Assembly: GCA_944383355.1 (NCBI GenBank)
Contig: CALWPF010000003.1
Coordinates: 4,246 to 68,245 of the forward strand
Origin: an uncultured Clostridia bacterium
Lineage (GTDB): Bacteria > Bacillota > Clostridia > Christensenellales > UBA1242
Direction of reading: 5' to 3'
DNA length: 64,000 nucleotides
Part shown: piece after piece, positions 30,077 through 39,462 of the stretch
How positions within the stretch are numbered: position 1 is the first letter of the stretch
Layout: the number at the start of each line of letters is the position of its first letter
Made by a program: the position numbers and the translations under genes
The notes under the pieces: generated by a model
The model's input: the letters and a program-made list of their open reading frames with translations, nothing else
Databases searched by the model: none
Told to the model about the DNA's origin: nothing

Positions 30077-31396
30077 TTACTCCTTTGACTTTTTGCGCAA
30101 AAGTATGCGTATAGGTGTACCCTCAAAATTTTTTGCTTTCCTCAAGCTATTTTCTAAATATCTCATATAACTAAAATGCATCAGATCTGGATTGTTTACA
30201 AATAAAGCAAAAGTAGGAGGACAAACAGCAACCTGGGTAGCATAATTAATCTTCAATCTATGTCCAGCCTTACTAGGCGGCTCTGATGAAAATATGGCAT
30301 CTTGAATTATTTCATTTAATAATCCAGTAGGTATACGAGTATTTGCATGCTCATAAACATACTCTACTGATTCCATAATTTTACCAAAGCGTGTTCCCTC
30401 CAATGCACTAACATATACTACTACAAAATAGCTCATAAACTTTAGGTCATTTTGGAGTTTTTGTTTGTATACATTGACAGTATGACTATCTTTTTCGACC
30501 AAATCCCATTTGTTGTACACGATCACACTTGGTTTACCCTGCTCATGAATGTAGCCCAGCACTCTAACATCTTGCTCAGTTATCTCATCTGACGCATCCA
30601 ATACATACAATACAATATCCGCTCGACGAATAGCAGCCAAAGAGCGCATTACACTATAACCCTCAATTGATGAATAATCAATCTTATTTTTTCGCCTAAT
30701 ACCCGCAGTATCTATTATTGTATAGTCTTTTCCATTATACCGGAATGGTGCATCTATACTATCCCTAGTAGTCCCCGCTATTGGACTAACTACCACACGC
30801 TCTTCACCTAATAATCTATTGGTAATGCTACTCTTACCCGCATTAGGTCTACCTACTATGGCAATTTTTGTACGATTCTCCTCATCTATAGGGGCAACTT
30901 TGGCTGACAATTTAGCAACTACCGCATCCAAAACATCAGCAACACCCAATCCATGACTACAACTCATACCTATAGGTTCACCCAAGCCCAACTCATAAAA
31001 TGCTAATAAATCCTCACCACGCAAATTATCCATTTTGTTTACAGCTAGCACTATTGGTTTTTTACTCTTGCGCAACAACATAGCAACATGTTGATCATCA
31101 GGAGTAACGCCCTGCTTGCCATCTATAATAAAGACAACCACATCAGCAACATCTATAGCCAACTGAGCCTGCATCAGTATATACTTTTGCCATTCATTAT
31201 CGAGATTGGGCTCTATGCCACCAGTGTCAATCAAGGTCATTGCATGACCAGCCCAATCAGTATCACAATATACTCGGTCTCTAGTCACACCAGGAGTGTC
31301 CTCCACAATACTGACACGCTTACCTATGACTCTATTAAAAAATGATGACTTCCCCACATTGGGCTTACCTACTATAGCGACAACAGGTTTGTACAT
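30077..31396 (-). CDS. der: Ribosome biogenesis GTPase Der
   Basis: Two G-domains (GKPNVGKS/DTGG/NKMD and GRPNAGKS/DTAG/NKWD) plus a KH-like C-terminus. Confidence 0.98.
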   Translation of the reverse strand: MYKPVVAIVGKPNVGKSSFFNRVIGKRVSIVEDTPGVTRDRVYCDTDWAGHAMTLIDTGGIEPNLDNEWQKYILMQAQLAIDVADVVVFIIDGKQGVTPDDQHVAMLLRKSKKPIVLAVNKMDNLRGEDLLAFYELGLGEPIGMSCSHGLGVADVLDAVVAKLSAKVAPIDEENRTKIAIVGRPNAGKSSITNRLLGEERVVVSPIAGTTRDSIDAPFRYNGKDYTIIDTAGIRRKNKIDYSSIEGYSVMRSLAAIRRADIVLYVLDASDEITEQDVRVLGYIHEQGKPSVIVYNKWDLVEKDSHTVNVYKQKLQNDLKFMSYFVVVYVSALEGTRFGKIMESVEYVYEHANTRIPTGLLNEIIQDAIFSSEPPSKAGHRLKINYATQVAVCPPTFALFVNNPDLMHFSYMRYLENSLRKAKNFEGTPIRILLRKKSKE

Positions 31397-31630
31397 GATC
31401 GCTCGACCTCCAAATTACTTAATGCTTAATATTATTTACTAGTTTAGCACAAATCAAAAAAACAATCAACAATTAATTCTCACTATATAAAATAAGTGTA
31501 ACTTTACAAAGTAAATATGCCCCCTAATTTATATGAACAAAAGAATAGCACTAAACTATTCGCAAAATATTACTTAGGTAACAAAACAAAATATGCATAG
31601 TACCATCAAAATCCCCAATTATAAAAGCAA

Positions 31631-31654
31631 AAAGTGCATAGTACTATGCACTTT
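31631..31654. repeat. Perfect 24-bp palindrome (probable nrdR terminator; member of a dispersed motif family)
   Basis: AAAGTGCATAGTACTATGCACTTT. Confidence 0.8.
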
Positions 31655-31675
31655 AATAATATTGCATCAAATAAA

Positions 31676-32179
31676 TTATTTTGTATCGTGCTCTATCTCT
31701 GCACTCTTATTTTGCTTGCGATGTTTGCTCTCTTGAGTAAAATCATTGAGCAATTCCACAAAATTACTGATATCAGTAAACTGTCTATAAACTGATGCAA
31801 ATCTTATATAAGCAACCTCATCAACTTTTTTTAGTTGTTGCATTACAGCCTCACCTATGCGCTGTGAAGATATCTCTTGAGCCAAAGAGTTGTAAACCTC
31901 TTTCTCTACATTGAGAACCATCTGCTCTATTTGATTAATGGTCACAGGTCGCTTTTCACACGCCTTTATGATACCACGCCTAATTTTTTCTCTATCAAAT
32001 GCCTGCCTACTACCATCTTTTTTTACCACCAGAATTGGTATAGTCTCATACTCCTCAAAAGTAGTAAAACGTTTACCACAATTTATACATTCTCTACGCC
32101 TGCGAACAGTCAAATAATCATCAGACGTACGACTATCTATTACTTTGCTATCAACACAGCCACAATATTTACATTTCAT
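31676..32179 (-). CDS. nrdR: Transcriptional repressor NrdR
   Basis: MKCKYC..SKVIDSR..RRRRECINCGKRFTTFE, ATP cone, AYIRFASVYRQF. Confidence 0.97.
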   Translation of the reverse strand: MKCKYCGCVDSKVIDSRTSDDYLTVRRRRECINCGKRFTTFEEYETIPILVVKKDGSRQAFDREKIRRGIIKACEKRPVTINQIEQMVLNVEKEVYNSLAQEISSQRIGEAVMQQLKKVDEVAYIRFASVYRQFTDISNFVELLNDFTQESKHRKQNKSAEIEHDTK

Positions 32180-32285
32180 AAGTAAAAACACCTCTACCTT
32201 ATCAACACTAGTTTACTAAAAAATAGTGATATTGTAAAGTATTTACAAAAAACTATACCAATTTTGTAATCTATGCACAATCATC

Positions 32286-32639
32286 TCACATCTCACGAAA
32301 ATCAGGCTCTACAAAATTTGCTGTATGATTATTCTTTACTGATATTGATTGAGGCTGTACTGTTTGATTAGGAGCAGAAAGACTTTGTGGCATTGGTCTA
32401 TTGAGTGTTAAATCTACCAAGATAGTGTCTTGACCTATTTTGCATATATTATGATATGGAATAAATAGATCCTCTTTTGCCCTAAACATAGAGGAAAAAC
32501 CTCTATTGCCTGGCACAATAATGCCTAATATCTTTGCAGTACATTCCTCAAATATCATATCTATTACATTGCCTAGTCTCTTACCATCGGTTAGATTAAT
32601 AACAATCTTTGTACGCAACTCACTAAAACTTGTTTCCAC
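32286..32639 (-). CDS. ylmC: YlmC/YmxH family sporulation protein (PRC barrel)
   Basis: FSELRTK.VINLTDGKRLG.V.D, IPYHNICKIGQDTILVD; located after sigG. Confidence 0.9.
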   Translation of the reverse strand: METSFSELRTKIVINLTDGKRLGNVIDMIFEECTAKILGIIVPGNRGFSSMFRAKEDLFIPYHNICKIGQDTILVDLTLNRPMPQSLSAPNQTVQPQSISVKNNHTANFVEPDFREM

Positions 32640-32855
32640 CTATTACCTCTTTTTATATTCTAATTTTTATTTTATATTACTATCAATAACATATTGTGCA
32701 AATTCAAAAAACAACACATATCTAAATATGTGTAACTCATATAACTATATATGAAAAATTAGTTCATATAATTACAGACTTATTCTAGGAATAATGTCAG
32801 GCTATACTAAATAAATTCATTATGTATTAACATAAATATTAAAATATAATACAAA

Positions 32856-32881
32856 AAGCAATACTACAATAGTATTGCTTT
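32856..32881 (-). terminator. sigG terminator
   Basis: AAGCAATACTA-caa-TAGTATTGCTT with a minus-strand U tract. Confidence 0.7.
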
Positions 32882-33653
32882 ACATAAAGAATTTCTTTAC
32901 TGTTTTGAGTGCAGTCTTTTCTAGGCGACTGACCTGAGCTTGACTAATTCCCACCTCATCACTCACCTCAACTTGAGTCTTACCAACGTAATATCTCAAT
33001 AATATAATCCGCTTTTCTCTCTCATCTAATGCCTCTAGAGCGTCTTTGATAGTAACCTTGTCCAACCATTTTTCATCAGTATCATAAGTATCCGCTATAT
33101 GCTCCCCCAGTTCCAAAACATCTTGATCATCACTATAAATTGGTTCTGATAGACTCATTGGTTCGCTAATAGCATCTAACGCACATACTACTTCTCTATA
33201 GGGCTCATTTAAGTCTTGTGCTATCTCCTCAAGATTTGGTTCTCTTTGTAGCGTACTGGTCAAACGTTCTCTAGACTGCAATGCCCTATATGCAATGTCT
33301 CGCAAACTGCGACTTACTCTCACCGCATTATTATCACGTAAAAATCTACGAATCTCACCCATAATCATAGGCACAGCATAAGTAGAAAATTTGACATTTA
33401 AGCTAACATCAAAATTATCTATAGCTTTTATTAACCCTACACAACCTACCTGAAAAAGATCATCAGCATTCCCATGCCTAGCCAAAAATTTTTGCACAAC
33501 TGACAGTACTAAACGCATATTACCAAAGATAAACTGCTGTTTTGCATTCTCATCACCTTGCTTTATCTTGCGCATCAGCTCTGCCTGTTCCAATGCTGTA
33601 TATTTGGGCAAATTGGCAGTATTCACACCACAAATAAAAACTTTGTTTGACAT
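32880..33653 (-). CDS. sigG: RNA polymerase sporulation sigma factor SigG
   Basis: NKVFICGVNTANLP, DDLFQVGCVGLIKAIDNFD, VSRSLRDIAY, GISQAQVSRLEK. Confidence 0.97.
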   Translation of the reverse strand: MSNKVFICGVNTANLPKYTALEQAELMRKIKQGDENAKQQFIFGNMRLVLSVVQKFLARHGNADDLFQVGCVGLIKAIDNFDVSLNVKFSTYAVPMIMGEIRRFLRDNNAVRVSRSLRDIAYRALQSRERLTSTLQREPNLEEIAQDLNEPYREVVCALDAISEPMSLSEPIYSDDQDVLELGEHIADTYDTDEKWLDKVTIKDALEALDEREKRIILLRYYVGKTQVEVSDEVGISQAQVSRLEKTALKTVKKFFM

Positions 33654-33679
33654 TGTCTACCCCTCACTAACGTTAATAG

Positions 33680-33708
33680 TAGTGTTGGCGACAAAATCAT
33701 TTTTATTC
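33680..33708 (-). promoter_or_regulatory. Putative SigF/SigG promoter of sigG
   Basis: Minus strand GAATA-about 14 bp-GCCAACACTA resembles the forespore sigma consensus. Confidence 0.45.
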
Positions 33709-33714
33709 AAAAAA

Positions 33715-34428
33715 TTAATTTATTTTTGATATAGATTTTTTCATCTTTGCTAATATTTTCTTTTCTATTCGTGAAATATAACTTTGAGAAATGTTTAACA
33801 TATCCGCTACTTCTTTTTGAGTTTTACTCTCCTGTCCATCTAATCCAAAACGCATTGCCATAATACCTCTATCCCGTTTGTCTAATTTGTTTAGTACTTG
33901 ATACAGCATTTCATTTTCAAATTGTGTTTCTAATCCGCTAAAGACCTCGTCACAGTCTACTCCCAATACATCTGCCAACAACAACTCATTACCATCAGCA
34001 TCAAGACTAAGTGGTTTATCAAGAGAAATTTCATTTTTTTGTTTACTAGTTTTTCGCAAATGCATCAATATTTCATTTTCGATACATCTGCTGGCATATG
34101 TTGCTAACTTTATTTTTTTATCTAAATTAAAAGTATTAACAGCCTTTATTAGCCCAATAGATCCAACGCTAATCAAATCATCCATCTCAAGACCTGTATT
34201 TTCAAATTTTTTTGCTATATAAACTACCAAGCGCAAGTTATGCTCTATTAGTTTGTTTTTTGCCTCAATATCACCATTTTGCCATCGTCGCTGATATTCC
34301 TCCTCCAACTCTGCATCCATAGGATTTGGTAACGCCTCATTATTACATAAAAACAGTAACAAATCTTCGTACTCTCTATAATCTTTTCCTAAAATCTTTG
34401 TAATAAGTTTATTTACCCAAGAAAACAT
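33715..34428 (-). CDS. sigE: RNA polymerase sporulation sigma factor pro-SigE
   Basis: Pro-peptide, EALP.P, NLRLVVYIAKKFENTG, KIKLATYASRCIENEILM, ISQSYISRIEKKI. Confidence 0.97.
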   Translation of the reverse strand: MFSWVNKLITKILGKDYREYEDLLLFLCNNEALPNPMDAELEEEYQRRWQNGDIEAKNKLIEHNLRLVVYIAKKFENTGLEMDDLISVGSIGLIKAVNTFNLDKKIKLATYASRCIENEILMHLRKTSKQKNEISLDKPLSLDADGNELLLADVLGVDCDEVFSGLETQFENEMLYQVLNKLDKRDRGIMAMRFGLDGQESKTQKEVADMLNISQSYISRIEKKILAKMKKSISKIN

Positions 34429-34430
34429 AT

Positions 34431-35267
34431 TTACACCTCTATCAATTTACTATTTAGGAGAACATCAAAACGCTTGCTCAAAGGAATATTACCTTGATTT
34501 ATGCCAACTGCAACATCATATTTCCTTTCGTTTAACTTGATATAGTCGGCATCAAAAACTAATAATTGAGATTGATTGCCTACTGTTTTTAAAGATAATA
34601 CTTGTGGATTGCTCAACACAACATCTTTGTACTTATGTAAAATAATATCTATACGCTCACTTGCATTAAACCAATTTTTTAAATCTTTTTCATTTAATAT
34701 TACTACAGGGCGACCTACTTGATTTTGTAATGTATTACCAGTATCAATAAATCCACGCATTTTTACTGGCTTGTTACGAATGCATAACACCACATCAACA
34801 CTATACTGAGAGTATTTTTTTGTTGTCATAAATCTATTAATTTGCCCATATACCAATATACTTAACAATATTGCACTACTCAGCACAAAGGCAAAAGGTA
34901 TCTCACTATAATATGTAATACTGGCTCCAGCACTTGTGCTAGTACCAAAAAAGTAAAATACTGCATACATTGCCCCACCAAAAGCAAATGTCAACAACAT
35001 AAATATTAAATATCTACTAAAAATCTTATAAAAGCTACATAGAGACAGCAATACTATTATCAACCCCACAACTAATTTTAAAATTATCCATAATAAGCTT
35101 GGCAAAACCAAAATAGGGCTAATCAAACTAAACCCAGTACCAAACAAGCATGCCACAAATAAACATCTGTGAGAGGTAGGGGAATTTGTAAACTTATTTG
35201 TCAAAAATAGCAAAAGATAATCCATGGTAAAGTTATCTAATATTACATTTTCGACTATTACCTCCAT
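34431..35267 (-). CDS. spoIIGA: Pro-sigmaE processing aspartic protease SpoIIGA
   Basis: NFTMDYLLL, five TM segments, GFIDTGNTL catalytic motif; directly upstream of sigE. Confidence 0.92.
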   Translation of the reverse strand: MEVIVENVILDNFTMDYLLLFLTNKFTNSPTSHRCLFVACLFGTGFSLISPILVLPSLLWIILKLVVGLIIVLLSLCSFYKIFSRYLIFMLLTFAFGGAMYAVFYFFGTSTSAGASITYYSEIPFAFVLSSAILLSILVYGQINRFMTTKKYSQYSVDVVLCIRNKPVKMRGFIDTGNTLQNQVGRPVVILNEKDLKNWFNASERIDIILHKYKDVVLSNPQVLSLKTVGNQSQLLVFDADYIKLNERKYDVAVGINQGNIPLSKRFDVLLNSKLIEV

Positions 35268-35385
35268 ATTGCCTCCGCAACAAAAAAGACTCACCCTAAT
35301 ATTTTATAATAGGGTGAGCCAAATCTAACCTGCAAAAAAAGCAATATAAAGTCTAAATAAAAAATCAAAGCATTATTTTTGTCAA

Positions 35386-35622
35386 TTACTGAATAACCGA
35401 AACAATAAAACCTGCTACAATGAATAACAAACCAATAACTCTCAATACAAGAGTAATCCTGTCATCATCACGAACATCATTTGATTTACGTGCTACTCTA
35501 GCTATCCTTTTTGACAACATTGCTATTGCCAAGCCAATAATCAATAGAGTAATACCAATAATGACAGTAGTTTGTGACAAGTACTCTAATATAGAATCTA
35601 CACCTAATAATCCAAAACTCAT
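35386..35622 (-). CDS. Small two-TM hypothetical membrane protein
   Basis: GAGGT RBS, two hydrophobic helices, 78 aa. Confidence 0.75.
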   Translation of the reverse strand: MSFGLLGVDSILEYLSQTTVIIGITLLIIGLAIAMLSKRIARVARKSNDVRDDDRITLVLRVIGLLFIVAGFIVSVIQ

Positions 35623-35716
35623 TTTTTACCTCAAAAAATATATTTAGTTTTGAAAAATACACTCAGTATCAAAAACTAAGTGTAGTATACCACAATCAAG
35701 TATAGTTGTCAATATG

Positions 35717-36415
35717 CTAATTGTCTAGTTTTGAGTCTTTTTGTGCTGGCACCTCTATAATGGTTGCTGGCTTTGACTCTTTCTCACTATTATCTGCATC
35801 AGATACTTTTTGAGCAGTAGTATCTACTACTTTTGCATCTGCACCAGTATTAGAGGTGGCAGTAGTCTTTTTACCAAATACTCTACCCGCATTTTTAGCA
35901 ATATAAACAATTACACTAATGACTATAATAATCAGTCCCGAATACAAGATAATGGTATCCCAACCATTTAATCTACTGTGAAAGAAACACATTATCAATC
36001 CAACTGACATTACGAATGTACCTGCTTTCCCTATAAAATTACTAGGAATAGTAATATTGCGTTTGTACAAACAAACCCCTGTAATTATCATAGCAACATC
36101 TACAACTATCAATGTCACCACAAGCCACACAGGTATCACATCAACAATGCCAAAACAAATTAAAGTAGCAATCTTTAATAGCTTGTCAGCCAATGGGTCT
36201 AATACTATACCGACCTCTGTAATGTTATTGGTAACACGAGCGATGATACCATCTAGCGTATCAGTAATACTAGCTATGACGAATACAATAAGTGGAGCAA
36301 TATAATCCTCCCCTGGTACATAAAAAAAAGTGATAACCAATACAGGCACCAACAACAATCTAAACAGAGATAACATGTTGGGAACATTCCAAAATCCCTT
36401 AAACTTTTCTTTCAT
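35717..36415 (-). CDS. pgsA: CDP-alcohol phosphatidyltransferase (PgsA family)
   Basis: NVPNMLSLFR, TDTLDGIIAR..N.ITEVG..LDPLADK. Confidence 0.85.
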   Translation of the reverse strand: MKEKFKGFWNVPNMLSLFRLLLVPVLVITFFYVPGEDYIAPLIVFVIASITDTLDGIIARVTNNITEVGIVLDPLADKLLKIATLICFGIVDVIPVWLVVTLIVVDVAMIITGVCLYKRNITIPSNFIGKAGTFVMSVGLIMCFFHSRLNGWDTIILYSGLIIIVISVIVYIAKNAGRVFGKKTTATSNTGADAKVVDTTAQKVSDADNSEKESKPATIIEVPAQKDSKLDN

Positions 36416-36558
36416 ATTCCCCTAACCCCTCGTATATCAAATTCTCTTATCATTAGAATGCACTAATTATAACATAAAAATTTATATAGGTAAAGAAAAT
36501 TAACAAAAAATAGAAAATTAGAATATATTGTAATGATTATCTAAATAAGGAGGAATAA

Positions 36559-37578
36559 TTGAAAAAACTACCATTTTTATTAGCGGTATTGATGCTACCA
36601 ATGTTTACTTTTTTTGGTCTAGCTGGTTGTAACAATACCCAAACAACACAGACTGTAAGAGTTAGTGAAGTAACACACAGTGTATTTTATGCACCTATGT
36701 ATATTGCATTAAATAATGGGTATTTTACCGATGAAGGTTTGAATGTAGAAATCAGTCTAGGCAATGGCTCAAACAATGTAATGACAGCAGTAATAAGCGG
36801 ACAGGTGGATATAGGTCTTTGTGGACCAGAGACTGTTGTATACAATGTAGTACAGGGCAATCAAGAAAGGCCTACAGTCTTTGGTCAATTAACTGCTTGT
36901 GACGGTTCATTCCTAATAGCAAGAGAATCAAATGCTGAATTTGAGGTATCTGACTTAGCAGGCAGTACTATTGTCGCTGGTCGTAGAGGTGGTATGCCAG
37001 CAATGACACTTGAGTATGGTTTGCATTTGGCAGGGCTTGAGGCAGGTACAGATTATACTCTAGACCTTGGTGTAGACTTTGGCTTGGTCGCTGGAGCATT
37101 TGAAGGTGGGCGTGGAGATTACTGTACAATGTTTGAACCAACCGCAAGTGCTTACGAAGATGAAGGGAAAGGATATATCGTAGCCTCTGTAGGTGAATTA
37201 GGAGGTACTGTACCCTACACTGCTTTTGTCGCAAATCAAAAATACTTAACAGACAACTCACTCACTGCAGAAAGATTTTTGCGAGCTATATACAGAGGTT
37301 ATCAATACTTAATGACTGCAGACATAGATGCTGTAGTAGATAGTGTAATGCCAAGCTTTGTAGGTAGTAACGAGGCACATCTCAAAAGTGCCATACTCAA
37401 CTACATGACTATAGGCGCCTACGCAACTAGTCCGGTAATGACAGAGGATAGCTTTAATAGACTAATAGAAATTATTACATTCGCAGACGAATTAGATGAA
37501 AATGCTAATGTAACATTTGCAGATGTAATAGACAATACTATTGCCAATAAGACATTAAAGTATTTTGAAATGTTCTAA
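36559..37578 (+). CDS. ABC transporter substrate-binding lipoprotein (NitT/TauT, YtlA-like)
   Basis: Lipobox LAGC; EVTHSVFYAPMYIA, DGSFL, GRRGGMPAM, FEPTAS. Confidence 0.9.
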   Translation: MKKLPFLLAVLMLPMFTFFGLAGCNNTQTTQTVRVSEVTHSVFYAPMYIALNNGYFTDEGLNVEISLGNGSNNVMTAVISGQVDIGLCGPETVVYNVVQGNQERPTVFGQLTACDGSFLIARESNAEFEVSDLAGSTIVAGRRGGMPAMTLEYGLHLAGLEAGTDYTLDLGVDFGLVAGAFEGGRGDYCTMFEPTASAYEDEGKGYIVASVGELGGTVPYTAFVANQKYLTDNSLTAERFLRAIYRGYQYLMTADIDAVVDSVMPSFVGSNEAHLKSAILNYMTIGAYATSPVMTEDSFNRLIEIITFADELDENANVTFADVIDNTIANKTLKYFEMF

Positions 37579-37585
37579 GCGAGAC

Positions 37586-37620
37586 AAAAAACCTTTGGAT
37601 AGTCAAAAGGTTTTTTGTTT
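37586..37620 (+). terminator. Terminator between the binding-protein and ATPase genes
   Basis: CAAAAAACCTTTG-gatagt-CAAAAGGTTTTTTG. Confidence 0.7.
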
Positions 37621-37752
37621 TCATAAAACATCTTACACCTATTTATCATTAAATCAAATTCATAATCAAAGTAGGCACAAAATGATACAAAACTTAATAT
37701 ACTGGGAATGTAGATTGTTTATCTTTTTACACCATTGACCAAAGGAGAAAAT

Positions 37753-38514
37753 ATGCAACCATACCTCAAATTATCTAATATTTGCCTCAACTATCATAGC
37801 AAACAAGGCGAGACAATGGCATTAAAGAATGTAAATATAGATGTGGCAAAGCAAGAATTTGTAGCAATAGTGGGACCTAGTGGCTGTGGTAAAACAACAA
37901 TCTTATCTATTATTGCGGGTATATTGAAGCCTAGTAGTGGTACTATTACCTTAGATGGCAAACCTTTGGCTACCAACACTAGAGAGATTGGATATATGTT
38001 CCAAAGAGACCATTTATTTGGTTGGCGTACTATCCAAAAAAATGTTGAATTGGGTTTGGAAATTAGCAAAGACAAATCCCCCGAAAGCAAACAAATAGTG
38101 CAAGACCTGCTCAAAAAGTATGGACTTACCGACTTTGCCAATCAATACCCTCATCAACTAAGTGGAGGAATGCGACAAAGAGTGGCACTAATACGCACGC
38201 TAGTACTTAGACCAAAAATCTTGTTACTAGATGAGCCTTTTGGTGCACTGGATTACCAAACTAGACAGACTGTAATAGATGATGTAAGTGATATTATTCG
38301 AAATGAAAAAATCACATCAATATTAGTTACCCATGATATAAATGAGGCTGTGTGCATGGCGGATAAAATAATTGTTCTCTCTCATCGCCCAGCTACTGTC
38401 CGCAATGTAGTAATGGTTGACCTAGATAAAACAGTCTCCCCATCAAAAAGGAAAAAAGATAAGAGATTTACAGAACTTTTGAACTTTGTCTGGAAGGAGT
38501 TAGATAGTGAATAA
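37753..38514 (+). CDS. ABC transporter ATP-binding protein (NitT/TauT)
   Basis: GPSGCGKT, LSGGMRQR, LLLDEPF, VTHD. Confidence 0.95.
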   Translation: MQPYLKLSNICLNYHSKQGETMALKNVNIDVAKQEFVAIVGPSGCGKTTILSIIAGILKPSSGTITLDGKPLATNTREIGYMFQRDHLFGWRTIQKNVELGLEISKDKSPESKQIVQDLLKKYGLTDFANQYPHQLSGGMRQRVALIRTLVLRPKILLLDEPFGALDYQTRQTVIDDVSDIIRNEKITSILVTHDINEAVCMADKIIVLSHRPATVRNVVMVDLDKTVSPSKRKKDKRFTELLNFVWKELDSE

Positions 38515-39316
38515 AAAATTAATGTACTCTGAAGAACACTTAAAATATTTGCGAAAAGAGAAAAAAGACAAAGTTTTTGTACTGGTATGTCAGATTGCTA
38601 TTCTTGTAGTATTTATAGCTTTGTGGGAATTACTGGGATACTTTGGTGTAATAAATACATTCATCATGAGTAGTCCTAGTAGGATCATAAACACGATAGC
38701 AGAACTATACGCAAGTGGTGATTTGTGGTACCATACAGCTATTACTCTATATGAGACCGTACTAGGCTTTGCCATAGCCACCATCTTAGGTACCCTAATA
38801 GCAATTCTTTTGTGGTGGAGTGAAAAACTACGAAGAATATTAGACCCGTACATTGTAGTTTTGAATAGTTTACCAAAAATTGCCCTAGGACCTATAGTAA
38901 TCATTTGGGTGGGTGCAGGTATACAGAGCATTGTCACCATTTGTTTCTTGATATTAATAGTTGTTACAATTATTTCTATGCTAAATGCCTTTAGAGAATG
39001 TGACAAAGATAAAATACTATTAATGAAAAGTATGGGAGCAAATACTCTGCAAATTCTCTGGAAATTAGTACTACCTAGCAGTATACCGCAATTTATCTCA
39101 GTACTAAAGATAAATGTTGGACTCAGTTGGGTAGGAACCATCATGGGCGAATATCTAGTAAGCAGTGCTGGACTAGGTTATCTAATAGTATATGGTAGTC
39201 AGGTATTTCAACTAGACTTGGTCATGGCTAGCACATTAATTTTGTGTGTATTAGCCAGCGTGATGTACCTATTGGTAGCACTCCTAGAAAAAAGAGTTTT
39301 GAAATCTCGACACTAA
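38507..39316 (+). CDS. ABC transporter permease (NitT/TauT)
   Basis: SSPSRI, PKIALGP, SMGA EAA-like loop, GEYLVSSAGLGYLI. Confidence 0.93.
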   Translation: MNKKLMYSEEHLKYLRKEKKDKVFVLVCQIAILVVFIALWELLGYFGVINTFIMSSPSRIINTIAELYASGDLWYHTAITLYETVLGFAIATILGTLIAILLWWSEKLRRILDPYIVVLNSLPKIALGPIVIIWVGAGIQSIVTICFLILIVVTIISMLNAFRECDKDKILLMKSMGANTLQILWKLVLPSSIPQFISVLKINVGLSWVGTIMGEYLVSSAGLGYLIVYGSQVFQLDLVMASTLILCVLASVMYLLVALLEKRVLKSRH

Positions 39317-39384
39317 CCAATCTACACTTCTCTTTAGTAGATACTACTCTGCCAAAGGGAAGTTTTTATATTTTGTACAAAATA

Positions 39385-39422
39385 TAAAAAACATTTATGA
39401 TTCACATCATAAATGTTTTTTT
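39385..39422. terminator. Bidirectional terminator
   Basis: AAAAAACATTTATGAT-tcac-ATCATAAATGTTTTTT. Confidence 0.8.
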
Positions 39423-39462
39423 ATACTCATAATGTATTGCAAACAAATTAGAACTAGAGCAA

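Noticed and set aside
35320-35385. Spo0A boxes upstream of spoIIGA
   Set aside because: Only degenerate matches (TTAGACT, TTAGATT) to TTCGACA; expected biologically but not supportable from the sequence
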